Shown one piece after another: positions 29,009 to 32,435 of a stretch of 32,435 nt of DNA (the stretch's first letter is position 1; each line of letters starts with the position of its first letter). Below the pieces are notes generated by a model that was not told the origin of the DNA, ran no database searches, and worked only from the letters and a program-made list of their open reading frames with translations. This DNA comes from Nevskiales bacterium. Its GTDB lineage: Bacteria > Pseudomonadota > Gammaproteobacteria > Nevskiales > DATLYR01. Position numbers and translations under genes: made by a program. The stretch spans positions 1 to 32,435 of the forward strand of contig JBFKCG010000003.1 in NCBI GenBank assembly GCA_041620675.1, read 5' to 3'.

Positions 29009-29338
29009 ATGGCAACGAAGAAAGCAGCAAGAAAAAAAGCAGCACCCAGTCAGACACGTGCGGTCAAGGCAGCATGGGCAAAAGTCAGGCAGTCATTGAC
29101 ACGCGCCGAGAAGGCGATGGTTGATGTTGTCAATGCCAATCGCGCCCTGATGAAGGCTCTGGGCAATGCAGGCGTCTCCATGACCCATAGTGCGCGCAAG
29201 GACATGGATGCGCGCATTCGCAAGCTGGACGTCAGCAAAAAAAGCGCACGCAAGCACCTGGACCAGCTGACCAAGCGCCTGGTGGCGATGGCCAAGAAGG
29301 CACAGGCCAAGGTCAAGCCCAAGGCCAAGCGCCGCTAG
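29009..29338 (+). CDS. Lys/Ala/Arg-rich basic protein (histone H1-like termini, helical core)
   Basis: AAGGAGAGG RBS; 20 K and 12 R versus 6 D/E in 109 aa; MATKKAARKKAAP...AKKAQAKVKPKAKRR; followed by a terminator. Confidence 0.8.
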   Translation: MATKKAARKKAAPSQTRAVKAAWAKVRQSLTRAEKAMVDVVNANRALMKALGNAGVSMTHSARKDMDARIRKLDVSKKSARKHLDQLTKRLVAMAKKAQAKVKPKAKRR

Positions 29339-29357
29339 CGCGGTGGACGGATGAATT

Positions 29358-29381
29358 AAGGCGGCCACTGGCCGCCTTTTT
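29358..29381 (+). terminator. Intrinsic terminator
   Basis: AAGGCGGCC-ACT-GGCCGCC-TTTTT. Confidence 0.85.
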
Positions 29382-29423
29382 CTTGGCTATCCTTTTTAGT
29401 TACACGCTATACATAGAGCAGAC

Positions 29424-30098
29424 ATGACACCGAAGTTTGATTCCATCTATCAACGCGCCGTGGCACGCAAGGGGGGTGAAGCGGCGTTGCGAAAGCTGTT
29501 CCCGAAGCTGCGAAGTGCTGCCCAGCTCAGGCGCATCCCGGATGATCGCTGGCTGGCCGAAATCACCCGACGCGTGTTCTGTGCCGGTTTCGTCTGGAAG
29601 ATCATCGAGCACAAGTGGCCTCATTTCGAGAAGGCCTTCAAGGGCTTCAGTCCACATGCGGTTGCACATATGTCAGACGAGGTACTGGAGCGCCTGGCCG
29701 CAGACCCTCGCATCGTGCGTAATTATCAGCGCATCAAAAGCGTGCGCGAAAACGCCTTGTTTGTGCTCGAGATCGCAGAGGCGCATGGCAGTTTCGGCCG
29801 ATTCATCGCAGACTGGCCCGGTGATGACATTGTTGGCCTGTGCGCGCTGCTGAAAAAGCGCGGGAGTCGACTGGGCGGCATCAGTGGGCAATATCTCCTG
29901 CGCTTCATGGGCAAGGACACGTTCTTGCTGACACCGGACGTGATCACCTGCCTGAACAATCATGGCGTGTTGACAAGCACGTCGCCGACTTCCAAGCGTG
30001 ACCTTGCAACCATCCAGCGCACATTCAATGCCTGGCATGAGCAGACTGGCTTGCCACTCTCAGCCTTGAGTCGCATCGCGTCATGCGCGGTTGACTAA
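29424..30098 (+). CDS. DNA-3-methyladenine glycosylase I family protein
   Basis: DDRWL......FCAGF.W..I..KWP.F..AF.GF and RIVRN...I..V..NA motifs of the Tag family. Confidence 0.82.
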   Translation: MTPKFDSIYQRAVARKGGEAALRKLFPKLRSAAQLRRIPDDRWLAEITRRVFCAGFVWKIIEHKWPHFEKAFKGFSPHAVAHMSDEVLERLAADPRIVRNYQRIKSVRENALFVLEIAEAHGSFGRFIADWPGDDIVGLCALLKKRGSRLGGISGQYLLRFMGKDTFLLTPDVITCLNNHGVLTSTSPTSKRDLATIQRTFNAWHEQTGLPLSALSRIASCAVD

Positions 30099-30134
30099 GG
30101 CTAGGATCGTGCCTGGCGGGTTGCGCGCATGCTC

Positions 30135-30163
30135 TTCCATCCGCGGTGATTTGGTGACATGAT
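30135..30163 (+). promoter_or_regulatory. Putative sigma70 promoter for the Lys-rich micro-ORF
   Basis: TTCCAT-17 nt-CATGAT with extended -10 TG at 30155-30156. Confidence 0.4.
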
Positions 30164-30238
30164 CAAGACGGCAGAACTGAGAGGAGGAGGGTTTTCTCGG
30201 TGAATGCCACTTTGTTCCACCACATAGGAGGAGCTACC

Positions 30239-30280
30239 ATGGCTGCCAAGAAGAAAGCCGCTAAGAAAAAGAAAAAGTAA
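30239..30280 (+). CDS. 13-aa Lys-rich micro-protein MAAKKKAAKKKKK
   Basis: TAGGAGGAG RBS 5 nt before ATG; clean ORF to TAA; terminator begins 20 nt downstream. Confidence 0.65.
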   Translation: MAAKKKAAKKKKK

Positions 30281-30300
30281 AGAAGTACCCGTGAGGGTCG

Positions 30301-30333
30301 CGGGCGCGGAGAGGAAACTCCCGCGCCCGTTTT
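30301..30333 (+). terminator. Intrinsic terminator after the micro-ORF
   Basis: CGGGCGCGG-A-GAG-GAAA-CTC-CCGCGCCCG-TTTT. Confidence 0.85.
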
Positions 30334-30477
30334 CGTTTCTGCCCCTCCTGCTTCGTTTGCACGTTAACCACATCACTCGCTCCGGCACCTGACTGCGTGC
30401 ATTGCGTCAGGCCTGGGAACGCGAGCAACAGGACTCACGGGGCGAGTGAACCCCAATGGGTGGTTGCGCGGCTGATA

Positions 30478-30506
30478 TTGACAGCCCGATTGTGGCATTC
30501 AAAACT
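30478..30506 (+). promoter_or_regulatory. Putative sigma70 promoter of the acyl-CoA synthetase
   Basis: TTGACA-17 nt-AAAACT. Confidence 0.45.
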
Positions 30507-30596
30507 GCGGGAGGCTCGAAGGCGCCGGGTGGTCAATTCATATGGCCAACCCGAACCCCAGCCAACACGCCAAGAACGGGGGCTATTGAAACTGTC

Positions 30597-32426
30597 ATGA
30601 CTGATACACACCTCACCGACCAGATCCGGCTGCGCGACATTCTGCGTGGCCTAGTCCAAAGCCTGCCGGAAACCGTGACGGTGAATAAGGGTTTATGGAA
30701 CTTGGCGACCGCCAAGCCCGAGAAGAAGCTGTCCATTGGGCTGGTGCTGGAAAAGCACGCCCGGAACATACCTGACCAGATTGCGCTCAAATTCGGGGAC
30801 AGCCAGTGGACCTATGCTGAATTCAATGCCTGGGTGAACCGGATCGCTGAACAGTTCCGGCGTGATGGCGTCGGCATGGGTGATGTGGTCGGCATCCTTT
30901 CGGAAAACCGCCCTGGGGTGATGGCCTGCGTGGCCGCGGCAGTAAAGCTCGGTGCGATCGCCGGCATGCTCAATCACAACCAGCGTGGCGAGGTGCTCGC
31001 GCATAGCATCAAGCTCATCAGCCCCAAGGTCATGGTGGTCGGTTGCGAGAGCATCGAGGCCCTGGCCAGCACCCCGTATACACCGGGAACGCAAGGCATG
31101 CGCCACTACGCCATGGGAGACGCGGGTGTTGAAGGCAAGGCTCCAGAGGGTTATGTCGATCTCGATCGAGCCACCCTCGACCTCAGCAGCGAGAACCCCG
31201 AGAGCACGGCGCAGGTGCAGCTGAAGCATCCCTGCTTTTATATCTTCACGTCCGGCACCACCGGGCTGCCCAAGGCCTCGATCATGACGCACTACCGCTG
31301 GATTCGCAGCATGGCAGGCGTGGGACAAATGGCGCTGCGACTGAAACGCTCGGATGTGATCTACCTGCCGCTGCCGCTGTATCACAACAATGCGCTAACG
31401 GTGACCTGGAGTGCGGCAATGAGCGCGGGCTGCTGCGTGGCGCTGACGCGCAAGTTCAGCGCCACGCGCTTCTGGGACGAGGTGCGGCATTACGAGGCCA
31501 CGGCTTTCTGCTACATCGGCGAGCTGTGCCGTTATTTGCTCAACCAGCCAGCTTCGGCTGAGGATCGCCACCATCGCGTGCGCACGATCGTGGGCAATGG
31601 CTTGCGCCCCGAGATCTGGGATGCCTTCGAGAAGCGTTTCGGCATCGAGAACATCAACGAATTCTACGGCGCCAGTGAATGCAACGTGGCCTTCATCAAC
31701 GCGCTGGGTGCGAAGCGCTCGGCCGGCTTCTGCCCACTCAGCTTTGCGGTGGTCGAATATGACACCGAGAACGACCAGCCCATCCGCAATGCCGAGGGTT
31801 TCCTGAGCAAGGTGCCCAAGGGTGGCGTTGGCCTGCTCATCAGCGAGGTCACCGAAAAGACCCCTTACGATGGTTATACCGATGCAAAGGCCAGCGAGAA
31901 GAAGCTCCTGCACGACGTCTTCAAGAAGGGCGATTGCTGGTTCAACAGTGGCGACCTGGTACGCGACCAGGGTATGCGCCATATCCAGTTTGTGGATCGT
32001 GTGGGCGACACCTTCCGCTGGAAGGGCGAGAACGTCGCCACCACCGAGGTTGAGGCGGCACTGACGACCTTCCCGCAGATTGAACAAGCGGTGGTGTATG
32101 GCGTGGAAGTGCCCAACAGCGATGGGCGTGCGGGCATGGCGGCACTGACGCTCAAATCCAGCGTGAACCAACTGGATGGCGCGGGGCTGGCCAAGCACCT
32201 GCAGGCAAGCTTGCCCGCGTATGCGATCCCGATGTTCCTGCGCCTGCGCGAGTCGCAGGAAACCACCGGCACCTTCAAGTACCGCAAGGTTGAGTTGAAG
32301 CAGGAGGCCTTCGACCCGGCCAAGGTCAGCGAGCCGCTCTACGCCTTGCTGGATCGTGACAAGGGTTACGAGCGCCTCACGGCCGAAGGCTTCAAGAGGA
32401 TCCAGAACAGCGAAATCCGCTTCTAG
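30597..32426 (+). CDS. FATP/FadD6-type long-chain acyl-CoA synthetase
   Basis: YIFTSGTTGLPK, LPLYH, YIGELCRYL, EFYGASE and SGDL...DRVGDTFRWKGENVAT.EVE; likely start ATG 30597. Confidence 0.93.
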   Translation: MTDTHLTDQIRLRDILRGLVQSLPETVTVNKGLWNLATAKPEKKLSIGLVLEKHARNIPDQIALKFGDSQWTYAEFNAWVNRIAEQFRRDGVGMGDVVGILSENRPGVMACVAAAVKLGAIAGMLNHNQRGEVLAHSIKLISPKVMVVGCESIEALASTPYTPGTQGMRHYAMGDAGVEGKAPEGYVDLDRATLDLSSENPESTAQVQLKHPCFYIFTSGTTGLPKASIMTHYRWIRSMAGVGQMALRLKRSDVIYLPLPLYHNNALTVTWSAAMSAGCCVALTRKFSATRFWDEVRHYEATAFCYIGELCRYLLNQPASAEDRHHRVRTIVGNGLRPEIWDAFEKRFGIENINEFYGASECNVAFINALGAKRSAGFCPLSFAVVEYDTENDQPIRNAEGFLSKVPKGGVGLLISEVTEKTPYDGYTDAKASEKKLLHDVFKKGDCWFNSGDLVRDQGMRHIQFVDRVGDTFRWKGENVATTEVEAALTTFPQIEQAVVYGVEVPNSDGRAGMAALTLKSSVNQLDGAGLAKHLQASLPAYAIPMFLRLRESQETTGTFKYRKVELKQEAFDPAKVSEPLYALLDRDKGYERLTAEGFKRIQNSEIRF

Positions 32427-32435
32427 CGTGGTTCT

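Noticed and set aside
30239-30333. Classical lysine attenuator controlling the downstream gene
   Set aside because: The downstream gene is an acyl-CoA synthetase with its own promoter candidate, and I found no convincing antiterminator; kept only as a minor alternative.
30404-30430. SRP RNA (ffs) helix-8-like string GTCAGG-CCTG-GGAA-CGCG-AGCAAC
   Set aside because: The apical stem is 4 nt with a C-C mismatch, and the flanks do not form the long SRP rod; cmscan would settle it.
30456-30596. N-terminal extensions given by the ORF track (also 9507-10820, 19966-20982, 25890-27122 and 1108-1440)
   Set aside because: They run through promoters, operators or neighbouring genes; downstream ATGs fit better by RBS or domain start.

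Overview
GC-rich chromosomal window, plausibly from a gammaproteobacterium (inferred from the FabR-type regulator and gene style). I saw no mobile element, CRISPR array, rRNA or tRNA. Left arm: 3' part of nrdB, two tandem stand-alone SWIB/MDM2 genes, a PQQ sugar dehydrogenase, an orphan mlaC, small membrane proteins, DUF192, a cold-shock protein, a cytochrome c, an orphan PAS histidine kinase and a P450. Centre: a complete Tad/Flp pilus locus, with tadE-tadE-tadG divergent from flp-cpaA-cpaB-cpaC-lipoprotein-cpaE-cpaF-tadB-tadC-tadD; the flp pilin is absent from the ORF track. Right arm: a SET-domain methyltransferase, a lipoprotein PLD/cardiolipin synthase, ppc, a desaturase/fabR pair, a serine hydrolase, a Lys/Ala-rich basic protein, a 3-methyladenine glycosylase and a FATP-type acyl-CoA synthetase. 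Most interesting signals: (1) a candidate chromatin-like toolkit of two SWIB paralogs (one Lys-rich, one Arg-rich), a SET enzyme, an H1-like protein sharing a 5' leader with SWIB1, and a 13-aa MAAKKKAAKKKKK micro-ORF with its own apparent promoter, RBS and terminator; (2) an ~83-nt three-hairpin sRNA candidate with anti-Shine-Dalgarno loops behind an FNR/ANR-type box, with the same box and spacing in front of the Tad minor-pilin operon; (3) a triple FabR-type operator at 12-bp pitch; (4) an unexplained three-way-junction RNA candidate. All functional links are inferences; no database searches were run.
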